A stretch of DNA of 30,017 nucleotides from Bdellovibrionota bacterium (GCA_044345405.1 JBIJBE010000041.1:1-30017), one strand, 5' to 3'. Shown: positions 1 to 10,324, counted from the stretch's first letter. The notes: generated from the sequence alone by a model not told the origin. Numbers and translations: made by a program.

Positions 1-66
1 ACGTATACAACTATACGACCGGCACAATACCAGAAACAGAGACAACTGCAGGAGGAAAGTAAAGAA

Positions 67-140
67 TGCGCCCTGAGGGATTCGAACCCCCGACCCTCTG
101 GTTCGAAGCCAGATGCTCTATCCAGCTGAGCTAAAGGCGC
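67..140 (-). tRNA. tRNA-Arg, anticodon UCG
   Basis: Reverse complement reads GCGCCTTTAGCTCAGCTGGATAGAGCATCTGGCTTCGAACCAGAGGGTCGGGGGTTCGAATCCCTCAGGGCGCA. Acceptor stem GCGCCTT/AGGGCGC, anticodon arm TCTGG-CT TCG AA-CCAGA (anticodon at 104-106), T-loop GTTCGAATC. CCA is not encoded. Confidence 0.96.
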
Positions 141-409
141 GCACTGGGATTAGGGGGGAGAGGCTACACCATTAGCCGTCTTTTCGTAAAGTCGTTCAGT
201 TCGCAATTCCCGCTGATTATTTCTCGTCAAAACCGCCACGGCCGGCAGCACAACCCTCCCTCCTAACCCCTCCGTTACATTAAGGATTGAACCCTCCTCC
301 GGGAACGAGTAGCGTAACCTTCCGAGGTACGTGGTGCGCGTGGGTACGCTGATCAAGCTTCCCGCTCCCTCGTGCCCAACAGGGTGTCGGTAATCATTTT
401 CATTCCGCT

Positions 410-3028
410 ATGTTATCAACGTTCGTCAAAGCCCTCCTCTCACTCCGCTACGATGTCACCGTGACGGGCTTGGAAAACATCACTCAACGCAAAGGGGTAC
501 TCATCATCCCCAACCACCCGGCGGAGATCGATCCCATTATTCTCTCAACCTACCTCTGGGATCTCCTCAAACCGCAACCGGTCGTTCTTGAGACGATGTA
601 CGAACTCCCCTTCCTGAAACCCCTCATGAGGTGGGTTCGCGCTATCCCGATGCCGGACATGGAGTTCGACTCAGGTCCTTACAAGCGCCGGCGAATCGAG
701 CGGGCCCTCAATGACGTGAGCGAGCGCCTTCGACAGGGAGAGAACATCCTTATCTATCCATCCGGAAGACTCTCGGTAACGGGAGAGGAGCGACTTGGAG
801 CGGCGTCGGGAGTTCAGACTATTATTCGAAACTACCCCGATGTGTTTGTAGCGATGGTTCGGATCAAAGGACTCTACGGCAGCATCTTTTCAAAAGCTAT
901 CACCGGTGGCGAAACCCCAGACGTGGCGCTCACCCTCAAAGAGGGCATCACGATCCTCGTTAAGAACCTCTTCTTCCTCGCGCCCAAGCGAAAGGTCACA
1001 ATCGAGATCGTCGCGAACCCCTCAGAGCTTCCCCGATACAGCGATCCATTGACCCTCAACCGATTCCTTGAAGGCTACTACAACTATCCAGCACCGGAAT
1101 CACCCAAGCTCATTCCACACCTCTTCTGGAACAAGGAGGTGCCGCGATTACCGGAGAAACCTGAGGAGAACCACTCCTACGAGGAGATATCTCACGAGGT
1201 CCGACAGAAGGTCTTTAACCACATCGCCCACATCGGAGCGACAGATGCATCACGACTAACCACCGAGACCCAACTTGGGGATGACCTCGGACTCGACTCA
1301 CTCACCGTGGCGGAGCTCCTCCTCTGGCTCGATAGGGAGTTCGAAGCGCACGATATCGAACTGAGCGAGATCGTCACCGTTGGTTCCGTTCTCCGCGCCG
1401 CCGCTGGACAGCTCGGCTCAAAAACACCGAAGAAGGAGTACCGAGTTCCCGGCGTGTGGTTCACCTCGGCTGAACAACGCCCCTCGCCCACCCTTCAAGC
1501 GGCTCCAACTATCGCCGAGTCATTCCTCCTTGCGGCGAACGTCATGGGAGATCTTCCAGCGATCGGCGACGCCCGTTCCGGCGTGGTCTCGTGGAGCGAG
1601 ATGAAGCTGCGCGTCATCACCCTCGCCAGACATCTCGCGCCCCTCCCAAACACCCATGTCGGACTTCTCTTTCCCGCTTCCGTTGGAGGAACGCTCGCCG
1701 CGATGGCGACGATCCTCGCCGGAAAGGTCCCTGTATTTCTTAACTGGACCTCGGGCAAGCGAGCGCTCCTCCACGCCTGCGAGACGACGGGGCTTCAAAC
1801 GATCCTCTCCTCTCAAGCGTTCCTCGACATCGTTCAGACCGATCTTGAGTTCCTTGAGGACAAGTTCGTGTTCCTTGAGACCATCCGCGAAAACCTCACG
1901 CTCAAGGACAAGCTGGCAAGCAAGCGATTGGCGAGTGATTCCCTTCCACAAATTTACGAGGCGTTTAACGTCAAAGGGCGCTCCACAAAAGATCCCGCGG
2001 TTGTGCTGTTCACGAGCGGATCCGAGGCGCTCCCGAAAGGTGTGGTCCTCACCCATGAGAACATCCTTTCCAATATTCGTGGCATCCTGGAAGCGTTCCC
2101 CTTACGCAACGACGATGTGCTCCTTGGGTTCTTACCAACATTCCACTCATTCGGATTAACGGTGTGCACCCTCCTCCCTCTCGTGACCGGACTCCGAGTC
2201 GCGTACCATCCGAATCCGAACGAGAGCAGAAAGATCGCGAAGATCATCAGCCATTGGGGAGCCTCCATTATGGCCGGCACTCCAACCTTCCTCCGCTCCA
2301 TTCTGCAAGCGGGACAACCAGATCAGTTCGCGAGCCTCCGGACCCTCATCTCCGGTGCTGAGCGCGCGCCACAGGACCTGTTTGAGAAGGCGAAGAACCT
2401 CCCCAACCCCGTTGAGATCGTAGAGGGCTACGGTATTACTGAGTGTTCACCGGTCGTCAGCATGAATCGCCTTGGAGAACCCCGCGTCGGTGTGGGACGC
2501 CCCCTTGAGGGAACGACCCTCAAGATCGTCAACCCCGCTACCCATGAGGAGATTCCACCCGGGACAGACGGGTTGATCCTGATCCAGAGCCCAAGTGTAT
2601 TTCCGGGATACCTTGATCCGAAGCTCAACCCATTCCTAGATCTCCACGGCGTCCGCTACTACAACTCGGGAGACATCGGTCGGCTGGAGAACGGTTCGCT
2701 CGTCATCACAGGTCGCCTCAAGCGCTTCATCAAGATAGCGGGAGAGATGATAAGCCTTACCGCTGTGGAGGAGGCGCTCCAGAAACAGATCCCATCCTAC
2801 GACGACGCGCCCTCGATTGCGGTCCTCGCGCGAGGAGCTGAAGGGGATGGACGCCCTACCCTGACCCTCTTCACGAGTACGAAGACGACCGCGGAGGCAG
2901 CGAACAAGATCCTCAGGGAATCCGGATTCCCGCACCTCGTCGCCATCTCGGATGTCATCACACTGAAAGATTTACCGCTGCTGGGAAGTGGGAAGACCGA
3001 TTATCAAGCGTTGAAGGGGATGATGTAA
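410..3028 (+). CDS. Aas-like fusion: PlsC-type acyltransferase + acyl-carrier (ACP) domain + AMP-dependent acyl-ACP/CoA synthetase
   Basis: 872 aa. HX4D motif NHPAEID and IYPSG in the N-terminus; DLGLDSL phosphopantetheine site; adenylation motifs FTSGSEALPKG, EGYGITE, YNSGDIG, GRLKRF, SGKTD. Confidence 0.9.
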   Translation: MLSTFVKALLSLRYDVTVTGLENITQRKGVLIIPNHPAEIDPIILSTYLWDLLKPQPVVLETMYELPFLKPLMRWVRAIPMPDMEFDSGPYKRRRIERALNDVSERLRQGENILIYPSGRLSVTGEERLGAASGVQTIIRNYPDVFVAMVRIKGLYGSIFSKAITGGETPDVALTLKEGITILVKNLFFLAPKRKVTIEIVANPSELPRYSDPLTLNRFLEGYYNYPAPESPKLIPHLFWNKEVPRLPEKPEENHSYEEISHEVRQKVFNHIAHIGATDASRLTTETQLGDDLGLDSLTVAELLLWLDREFEAHDIELSEIVTVGSVLRAAAGQLGSKTPKKEYRVPGVWFTSAEQRPSPTLQAAPTIAESFLLAANVMGDLPAIGDARSGVVSWSEMKLRVITLARHLAPLPNTHVGLLFPASVGGTLAAMATILAGKVPVFLNWTSGKRALLHACETTGLQTILSSQAFLDIVQTDLEFLEDKFVFLETIRENLTLKDKLASKRLASDSLPQIYEAFNVKGRSTKDPAVVLFTSGSEALPKGVVLTHENILSNIRGILEAFPLRNDDVLLGFLPTFHSFGLTVCTLLPLVTGLRVAYHPNPNESRKIAKIISHWGASIMAGTPTFLRSILQAGQPDQFASLRTLISGAERAPQDLFEKAKNLPNPVEIVEGYGITECSPVVSMNRLGEPRVGVGRPLEGTTLKIVNPATHEEIPPGTDGLILIQSPSVFPGYLDPKLNPFLDLHGVRYYNSGDIGRLENGSLVITGRLKRFIKIAGEMISLTAVEEALQKQIPSYDDAPSIAVLARGAEGDGRPTLTLFTSTKTTAEAANKILRESGFPHLVAISDVITLKDLPLLGSGKTDYQALKGMM

Positions 3029-3118
3029 CGCAGCTTCTTCCGCTCTCTCTGTAACAAAGAGAACGCCCAGAACAATGAGGGAACTTTCCGTACCACGCTC
3101 GCTCCGCGGCAATTCGGG

Positions 3119-4441
3119 TCACGCCTCATCCTCTACCATCGCCAGGAATCGCGGCAGGTACTGCCCTTGTAACGCGATACTTGAGGGGCGCGCAGTCCCC
3201 TCTTTCATATCGACGATCCATAGCGCGTTGTGCGTAATCATGGAGATGCCGAACTGCTGAAACGCGAGCATCCAATCGCGCTCAGGATGCTTCAGTAACG
3301 TGTAGCGCACTCCATCCGGATCAGGAATGTACTGAGCGCGGCCGAGGATCGTCTCAAGTGTATCCTTTGGATCTCTGTCGCGCAGCTCAGCCATCGCGAG
3401 ATCCACCGCGCACGAACGATCGTTTCTCTCTTCAAAGATCGCCTCAACCTCTCGAAGGATATCGTCGGGAGGCTCTCCCGCTCCAAGTTTACGCTCGAAC
3501 GCGATGGCCTCAGCGTAGGAAAGAGAGGTAGCGGGACGATCGGCTCCCCTCTCGACAACATATCGGGCGCGCGCATCCTTTGTGTAGAGGTCTCGTAGCC
3601 GCTCCCGCACAACCTCATCGGTCTCGTCGTACGGAAACTCAATTAATTGAAAAATTCCCGGCGCTATCTCCTCCGCGCCCGCCCATATCGACGCGGCGAT
3701 AGCCTCCGCCTCATCGTGCTGCTCACCAAGAGCGAGGCAGAGAGAGGGAATAACAGCGCCATCACTCCACTCAGTGATGAGGGTCTGAACCGATGGGATA
3801 ATCTCAGGCCGCTCCCCATCGCTCTTTCGATACCACGGAAAGCTCGTGGTCTGTAGAGTAACGAGCGCCGCTCGGGCTTTACCGACGACCGGGTCTTCAC
3901 TCCCCTCACGCTCGCTCTCGGCGGCGAGTCGCAAGAGCTCCCGCACACCGGGTTCAGAAACCGTGCGTGTCACGGTTTCAACGAAGGTTCGGATCGAGGC
4001 GCGAGGATCGTCACGACGCCCCAAGGGTACATCATCGTCAACGAGGTGTGGATACCCATCAAAGGTCGCGCCGGAGAGCGCGAAGGTTCCGATGAGCTGC
4101 GCCATCTGGCGTCGATAGAGGCTCGCGGCGGTTACAAGCACGGCGTGATCCCCGGGCTGAATATCTTTCGTGAAGGGATTCTCTCCGAAGCCCTGCATGG
4201 AGTTCCATAACTGGTTCTCTCCCACAACCCGAACGATGGGTGCGATTCCTCGCTCGATAGCGATCGCGCGACAGAGCGCCGCGGTTGCCAAGATATTCGG
4301 CAAGGTCTTTTCCAGGGAGCCATGCTCAAGGAGAAGGAGCACGGTTGAGATCTCACGGAGCTCAAACTGGGATACCGGGAGCCTCACCCCCTCAAACCGA
4401 GTAGGGTGTTCGGGATGATGGTCAGGAGTTCCAAGCCCCAT
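3119..4441 (-). CDS. hypothetical protein
   Basis: 440-aa ORF with protein-like composition, 5 nt downstream of the 71-aa ORF that follows guaA. No recognised motif. Confidence 0.7.
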   Translation of the reverse strand: MGLGTPDHHPEHPTRFEGVRLPVSQFELREISTVLLLLEHGSLEKTLPNILATAALCRAIAIERGIAPIVRVVGENQLWNSMQGFGENPFTKDIQPGDHAVLVTAASLYRRQMAQLIGTFALSGATFDGYPHLVDDDVPLGRRDDPRASIRTFVETVTRTVSEPGVRELLRLAAESEREGSEDPVVGKARAALVTLQTTSFPWYRKSDGERPEIIPSVQTLITEWSDGAVIPSLCLALGEQHDEAEAIAASIWAGAEEIAPGIFQLIEFPYDETDEVVRERLRDLYTKDARARYVVERGADRPATSLSYAEAIAFERKLGAGEPPDDILREVEAIFEERNDRSCAVDLAMAELRDRDPKDTLETILGRAQYIPDPDGVRYTLLKHPERDWMLAFQQFGISMITHNALWIVDMKEGTARPSSIALQGQYLPRFLAMVEDEA

Positions 4442-4446
4442 GTTCG

Positions 4447-4662
4447 CTACCGCTCGCCTCTCTTCTCTTTGAGGTACCGCTCGACCATCGCGCGGGCTTT
4501 CTCAAGGAGCGCGGAATCACCAAATCCTAACTCGGCGAAGGTAAGGACCTCTCCATCCACATCGATATGAACCTCAAATCCCTCACGGAAGGGTCGTCGC
4601 ATACACACAGCCTCAAAGGTACGTCCCTCGACCTCGAAGCTCTTCGACCAGACCTCTTCCAT
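4447..4662 (-). CDS. small hypothetical protein
   Basis: 71-aa ORF starting 6 nt after the guaA stop, same strand, tight operon spacing on both sides. Confidence 0.65.
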   Translation of the reverse strand: MEEVWSKSFEVEGRTFEAVCMRRPFREGFEVHIDVDGEVLTFAELGFGDSALLEKARAMVERYLKEKRGER

Positions 4663-4668
4663 GAAGAC

Positions 4669-6201
4669 CTATTCCCACTCGATCGTAGCAGGCGGCTTAC
4701 TGGAGATATCCAGAACTACGCGATTAACGCCCTTCACCTCGTTAACGATCCGGTTACTCACCCGACGCAGGAGATCCTCGGGAAGGTACGCCCAATCAGC
4801 GGTCATTCCATCCTCGGAGTAGACAGCGCGAAGCGCGATGGTCTCGTCATAGGTCCGACCATCTCCCATCACACCGACACTGCGAACGGGCAACAACACG
4901 GCGAAGCTCTGCCATATACCAGCGTACAAGCCAGCGGAGCGAATCTCCTCAAGGAAGATATAATCAGCGTCCTGTAACGTTTTGACACGCTCAGGGGTAA
5001 TCTCACCCAAGATACGCACCGCAAGTCCTGGCCCCGGGAACGGCTGCCGCTGAAGTATCTCCTGCGGCATATCGAGCTCCTTCCCGAGGAGTCGAACCTC
5101 ATCCTTGAAAAGCTCTCGGAACGGCTCGATGAGTTTGAACTTAAGACGCTCAGGAAGACCACCTACGTTGTGGTGCGTCTTAATCGTAGCCGATGGACCG
5201 CGAACGGAAACGCTCTCGATAACATCAGGGTACAACGTGCCCTGAACAAGATGCGTGACACCGTCGAGCGATTTAGCGTGCTCCTCAAAGACCTCGATGA
5301 ACACACGTCCGATAATCTTTCGCTTGAGCTCCGGATCCGAAACACCTTTCAGCTCCCCCAAGAATCGAGCGCTCGCGTCTACCAAGGTAACGTTGAGGTC
5401 GAGCGCTTTGAGACGCTCCATAACCGACTGCGCCTCGTTCTTGCGCATCAATCCGGTATCCACGAAGAAGCAGTGGAGGCGCTCCTTGAGAGCTCGTGCC
5501 ACGAGCACCGCCGCGACGGTCGAGTCAACACCACCGCTCAACGCGCAGATAGCTTGCGCCGGCGCCGGCACCTGCTCGCCGATCTTTCGCACCTGCTGTT
5601 CGATGAAGTTCTCTGGAGTCCAATCAGCGACACACTTCGCCTCGTTGAACACAAAGTTCTTAATCAGGGTCCTTCCTTCCGGTGTGTGCACCACCTCTGG
5701 ATGGAATTGAAGCGCCGAGATCGGCTTGGACACGTGTCGCATCCCGACGATTGGAGCTCCCTTACTTGAGGCGCATGTAACGAAGTCCTTCGGGAGCTTC
5801 TCAACGTGATCACCGTGACTCATCCATACTGAGAGCTGCGATCCCTTCTTCCATGATTCAAAGATCCCGGAGCTTTCCTCGATCGTAATGGTGGATGGTC
5901 CATACTCCCGAGCGACGCCGCGCCCGAGCGTTCCACCGAAGTGGTGCGCCATAAGCTGCATACCATAGCAGATACCGAGTGTTGGAAGGTTCACGGAGAG
6001 CCAAGCCGGATCAAACTTCGGAGCATCCTCGTCTGTCACGCTTGAGGGGCCACCGGAGAGGATTAATCCCTTCACGTTGGAGAGATCCACGGAGCCAGGC
6101 TCGATGGTACAGGGACGGACCTCACTGTAGACGTTACATTCTCGAACCCGCCGGGCGATAAGTTGGGTGTACTGGGAACCGAAATCGAGGATGAGAATCA
6201 C
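4669..6201 (-). CDS. guaA: GMP synthase (glutamine-hydrolysing)
   Basis: ILDFGSQYTQLIARR, GICYGMQ, QFHPEV, ALSGGVDS, IKTHHNVGGLP, PFPGPGLAVR and C-terminal SKPPATIEWE. GTG start with GGAG RBS. Confidence 0.98.
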   Translation of the reverse strand: MILILDFGSQYTQLIARRVRECNVYSEVRPCTIEPGSVDLSNVKGLILSGGPSSVTDEDAPKFDPAWLSVNLPTLGICYGMQLMAHHFGGTLGRGVAREYGPSTITIEESSGIFESWKKGSQLSVWMSHGDHVEKLPKDFVTCASSKGAPIVGMRHVSKPISALQFHPEVVHTPEGRTLIKNFVFNEAKCVADWTPENFIEQQVRKIGEQVPAPAQAICALSGGVDSTVAAVLVARALKERLHCFFVDTGLMRKNEAQSVMERLKALDLNVTLVDASARFLGELKGVSDPELKRKIIGRVFIEVFEEHAKSLDGVTHLVQGTLYPDVIESVSVRGPSATIKTHHNVGGLPERLKFKLIEPFRELFKDEVRLLGKELDMPQEILQRQPFPGPGLAVRILGEITPERVKTLQDADYIFLEEIRSAGLYAGIWQSFAVLLPVRSVGVMGDGRTYDETIALRAVYSEDGMTADWAYLPEDLLRRVSNRIVNEVKGVNRVVLDISSKPPATIEWE

Positions 6202-6521
6202 GGCAACTCCAAGGATATAAAACTATGTTTATGCGGGAACGGGCCTCCCGATGGGGCCCTATCATGGTTTATTACTTTCGCAGGGCGCAAGAACAAAGTA
6301 CAGCTAATGTCCGTAGGTATTTCGTGCCGACTACCCCTTTACGCGAGATGTTTCTGGGGGACTCAGGCCGAGCAACGCCGTGCTGTGATTGCATCGCCTC
6401 GAGACACGCTAAAATCCTTAACGTATCTCAGCGGATACCGGAGGGAGGGAAGCAATGCAGTCCTAGTGGTTGCTGTGACGACTCCTACCTCACAGGAACA
6501 AACGCCGCACGAGGATAGAGA

Positions 6522-7436
6522 ATGATAAAGGCCCGAGAATTCAGAGCTCACATGATCAGACGCGCGATTATGGCGTTAGCCCTTATTGCGTGTGGCGCAA
6601 GGGAAAGCGCGGCGGAGTTCATTTTAACGAGAGCATCCGGGGTCTATCAACACTCGAACGGAAGTGCCAAGGTTATTCTTGGGACGAAGAACGACGCACA
6701 AGGTATCTTCGTGATGATCGGGTCCCCTATTCCACCGCAGGAATTCAATCTCGAGACCACTCCTGGAGAAAACGTCAAACACATCTTCGTGCGTTTCGAT
6801 GGGCAGGCTCAACCCCCAACCTATTCCGAGATCGTCATTAACGATAAGGTCTACAAGATCTCCGGGAACCTCACCGTTAATCTGGGGAAAACATTTGTGG
6901 GTATCGACAACAACAACCCATACCTCACTGTTGTCACGGAGGGCGCGACGAATGGAGAGCCCGCCTCAATCATCGGATTCTCCGGCTTGAACGAGATCGT
7001 CAAAGGCGCCGGACCTGTCGCCACCATCCTCGCGGCGAACCAACTCAACCCCGAAGTCGCGAAAGTCATTCTTCCCTACAGTGTCGAGAACAATCAGCTC
7101 CTTCTCAACGGCAAACCGGTAACCACTCCGATGATCGGCACCTTCGTCCGTCCCGAGAGTGAGTGTCTTAAACCATCGAGCGTTGTCCTCTACGGCAGCG
7201 ATCTGAACAAGATAACGTCAGCAAAAGGTGAGGAAGAACGCATTAAACTCCTTGAAAAGTTCATGACCGACGCGAAGAGATCGAACCCGCTGCACCAGCA
7301 TCTGGTGCTCAAGGCGGATCCTAAATCGGTCATCCTTCTCGATATCAGCGACAAGAATATTCACGAGATGCACGAGGTGAAGCTCAAGTCAGCACGGCAG
7401 CGTATCTGTGTGATTAGCGATATCGTGCCGAAGTAG
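6522..7436 (+). CDS. hypothetical exported protein
   Basis: 304 aa with a signal-peptide-like N-terminus (RRAIMALALIACGARESAA) and GAGGA upstream. Beta-rich first half. Confidence 0.7.
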   Translation: MIKAREFRAHMIRRAIMALALIACGARESAAEFILTRASGVYQHSNGSAKVILGTKNDAQGIFVMIGSPIPPQEFNLETTPGENVKHIFVRFDGQAQPPTYSEIVINDKVYKISGNLTVNLGKTFVGIDNNNPYLTVVTEGATNGEPASIIGFSGLNEIVKGAGPVATILAANQLNPEVAKVILPYSVENNQLLLNGKPVTTPMIGTFVRPESECLKPSSVVLYGSDLNKITSAKGEEERIKLLEKFMTDAKRSNPLHQHLVLKADPKSVILLDISDKNIHEMHEVKLKSARQRICVISDIVPK

Positions 7437-7473
7437 TGAGCGGCTCACCTTTCCGACCTCCGTTGCACGCGAA

Positions 7474-7758
7474 TTATCGCGAAAAAAAGAAGTACATTAG
7501 TACCCAGCACCCGGATAGGCCGACCGCCAGAGCCACAAAGAAATACAGCAACGGCGTAGCGATATAATCATTAAAAAAATCATCCCGAGCAGCGGCAAGA
7601 GCTTTCCGGGAAATCGTGAACATCTTGCGACACGACGGGCACGCCAGCAGGAGTTCCTTTGGGATCCAATTATGGTGGTGCGGAAAATTCGCGTCGATAA
7701 CGTGACCACAATGCGGGCACGGTAGCGTGCGTTTTGGGAGTGCGGCTTTTGCCTTCAT
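7474..7758 (-). CDS. small zinc-ribbon protein with C-terminal membrane helix
   Basis: CPHCG...CPSCR pair followed by a hydrophobic C-terminal segment. Starts 19 nt after der. Confidence 0.65.
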   Translation of the reverse strand: MKAKAALPKRTLPCPHCGHVIDANFPHHHNWIPKELLLACPSCRKMFTISRKALAAARDDFFNDYIATPLLYFFVALAVGLSGCWVLMYFFFSR

Positions 7759-7777
7759 CTGCCCTCAGGAAATGAGC

Positions 7778-9286
7778 CTACGCCACCCTTCGTCGCTGAT
7801 TCGTAATGCGACTTCGTCGACGGAAGAGGATACGCACATCGCTTCCCGGGAACGGATAGTGGCGACGCACCGTGTTCTTTAGATATCGCTCGTAGTTAAA
7901 CTTCAGCCTCTCCGGATGGTTTACGAATACCGCGAAGGTCGGTGGATTTGCCGCTACCTGGGTAGCGTAGAGGAGCTTAATCGGAATGCCGCGATACACG
8001 GGAGGTGGCTTCGAGTTAAAGGCATCGGTGAAGAGCTTATTAACCTGTCCTGTTGTTAAGCGAACTCGAGCGGCCGCGTGAACCATCTTCACCTCATCGA
8101 ATACCGAAAGGCATCGAAGTCCGGTCAGCGCTGACACGAAGATAACCGGCGCGTACGCCGCGAACTTGAAGGTCATCCGGATCGCGTGACGGTACTCCTC
8201 AGCGATACGGGGGTCCTTCTCGATAAGATCCCACTTATTCACCACGATAACGAGGCTCTTCCCCTTCTCGTGCGCGAGACCCACAATTCGAGCGTCCTGC
8301 TCCGTTGGAATTCCCTCAGAGGCGTCGAGGAGGAACACTGCGACATCGCTCTGCGCGAGCGATCGGAGCGTTCGGATATTGCTGAAGCGCTCAACGGTGT
8401 TTTCCTTCACGCCCGCTTTCTTGCGTAGGCCGGCGGTATCTACGATCTGGAACTTCTGTCCATTTCGGATCAAATCACAGGTAATGCTGTCACGGGTCGT
8501 GCCCGCGATTGGGGAGGTTATCAGTCGTTCCTCTCCAAGCAAACGGTTCACGAAGGTACTCTTTCCTACGTTAGGCTTTCCGATGATAGCGATATTAATC
8601 GGCTTATCGGGATCCTCCTCCAAACCGGGAAGGGCTGGCTCGTCACTATCGATATCTGGAATAGCGCTCTCCTCGAGATCCTCGTCCTCGAAACGCCCCG
8701 GCGTCTCAACGCCATCCTCATCATGCTCCTGATAGGCTTCGTCCATTCCATCGGCGAGCTCACTTCGCAATCCAGAGGAACCAACGAGCTCCTCCATCTT
8801 GGCGAGAAGATCGCGAAGTCCACGACGGTGCGCGGCGCTTAGAGGGATGATCTCCTCAAGCCCCAATCCGTAGAGCTCGGTCGCTGTCATCGCGGCCGAT
8901 GGCTTCTCACACTTATTCGCCACGTAGATCGTTGGCTTCTCCATCTGTCGAACGAGATCGACGACCTCACTGTCGAGGGGATGCAATCCGTGAAGACCAT
9001 CAAAAACGACGATGATGAGATCGCTCTGCTGCATCGCAAGCGCGGTTTGTTGACGGACCGCCTCATGCAACACAAGGTTTTCCTCACCCACTAACGCACC
9101 CGTATCGATCAGGGTGAATGGGAAGTCGTGGCGAGTGACGAGCTCGTAGTATCGATCCCGCGTTACACCGGCTTGGTCTTTTACAACCGCCGTGCGTCTC
9201 CCGACGAGAGCGTTGAAGAGAGTTGATTTACCTACGTTCGTTCGACCGACGATACATACCGTCGGGAGTGAGTTCTGCTGTGACAT
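7778..9286 (-). CDS. der: ribosome biogenesis GTPase Der (EngA)
   Basis: Two G-domains (GRTNVGKS/DTGA/NKCE and GKPNVGKS/DTAG/NKWD), an acidic linker and a KH-like C-terminus (YATQVAANPPTF...YERYLKN). Confidence 0.97.
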   Translation of the reverse strand: MSQQNSLPTVCIVGRTNVGKSTLFNALVGRRTAVVKDQAGVTRDRYYELVTRHDFPFTLIDTGALVGEENLVLHEAVRQQTALAMQQSDLIIVVFDGLHGLHPLDSEVVDLVRQMEKPTIYVANKCEKPSAAMTATELYGLGLEEIIPLSAAHRRGLRDLLAKMEELVGSSGLRSELADGMDEAYQEHDEDGVETPGRFEDEDLEESAIPDIDSDEPALPGLEEDPDKPINIAIIGKPNVGKSTFVNRLLGEERLITSPIAGTTRDSITCDLIRNGQKFQIVDTAGLRKKAGVKENTVERFSNIRTLRSLAQSDVAVFLLDASEGIPTEQDARIVGLAHEKGKSLVIVVNKWDLIEKDPRIAEEYRHAIRMTFKFAAYAPVIFVSALTGLRCLSVFDEVKMVHAAARVRLTTGQVNKLFTDAFNSKPPPVYRGIPIKLLYATQVAANPPTFAVFVNHPERLKFNYERYLKNTVRRHYPFPGSDVRILFRRRSRITNQRRRVA

Positions 9287-9290
9287 ACGA

Positions 9291-10148
9291 TTACTCCGAC
9301 GACTCCGTTGTTATTTCCTTCACACTCTCTGGCGCTTGCGCCGTATCTTGATTCTCACTAGTAGGCTTGGCTAAGAAGCGAGCGTCCAGGTCGTCGCCCC
9401 CTTTAAGGTGAGCGAGCGCTTCCTCCGCCGCGTTCTGCTGAGAAGCTTTCTTGGTCGCTCCCCTGCCCCGCCCCACTACCTGACCATCGACCTCAACGAT
9501 AGAGACGAAGATCGGCTGATGCTCTGGGCCCTCAACGCACTCAAGGCGATAGACAGGAGCCTCACTACCGGCGGCGTGCAACGCCTCTTGAAGCTCGGTC
9601 TTCGGATCCCGAGGCGTCACATTGACGAGTCTCGTTCCAAGAAGCCGCTCAACACACGCGCGAGCGATCTCGTATCCACCCTCGCGATAGATAGCGCCGA
9701 CTACGGCCTCAAGAACGTCAGCGAGGATAGAAGCCCGATCAGAACCTCCACTCGCGAGCTCTCCGCGACTTAACCGAATAAACTTTCCAAGCTCAAGCTC
9801 ACGAGCGATCTCAGCGAGCGAAGCGGTATTCACGAGCGCGGCTCGCATCTTCGAAAGCTCACCTTCGCGAGCCTCAGGATGGTGATCGAGTAAGAGGTGC
9901 GCGACCGCGAGATCGAACACAGCGTCGCCGAGGAACTCCAACCGCTCATAGTCGGTCTTCTCCCCTCGCGCGTGAACCGAGCGGTGCGTGAGCGCGCGCT
10001 CAAGCCACGACTTCTCAGTAAACGTGTACTGAAGACGGGTCTCTACCTCACTGTAGTGTTCTTGTCCGAGCGGCTCAGCGACTGGACGGCGATTCTTGTT
10101 CGAATCGTCTCCGCTCTCGGAGGCGACCTTGAGGATTCCAAATCTCAT
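9291..10148 (-). CDS. rnc: ribonuclease III
   Basis: ALTHRS, signature YERLEFLGDAV, dsRBD DPKTELQE...GPEH...KKASQQNAA. The start codon is uncertain because of an N-terminal extension. Confidence 0.97.
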   Translation of the reverse strand: MRFGILKVASESGDDSNKNRRPVAEPLGQEHYSEVETRLQYTFTEKSWLERALTHRSVHARGEKTDYERLEFLGDAVFDLAVAHLLLDHHPEAREGELSKMRAALVNTASLAEIARELELGKFIRLSRGELASGGSDRASILADVLEAVVGAIYREGGYEIARACVERLLGTRLVNVTPRDPKTELQEALHAAGSEAPVYRLECVEGPEHQPIFVSIVEVDGQVVGRGRGATKKASQQNAAEEALAHLKGGDDLDARFLAKPTSENQDTAQAPESVKEITTESSE

Positions 10149-10324
10149 CTGTAAAGCTCCCGTGCTGGAAGCCTCACAATCACAAAAGTAGCCATCCGGA
10201 GTAGGGTAATGGCTCTCTTTGGTGATTGAGAGGGGGTTAACTGTTGCTAAGGGAGTGTACCTGGTCGAGGGGGGCTATTCAACCGAACGCAACTGGTTGA
10301 ACATATTGGAATTAAGGCGACTAC

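Noticed and set aside
1-66. Island integrated at the tRNA 3' end, or the end of an upstream CDS (frame 3-62 ending TAA)
   Set aside because: Too little sequence. No integrase or att duplication is visible in the window.
6163-6551. Short ORFs or a purine riboswitch upstream of guaA
   Set aside because: No purine-aptamer core was recognised. The region is best explained as a divergent promoter region.
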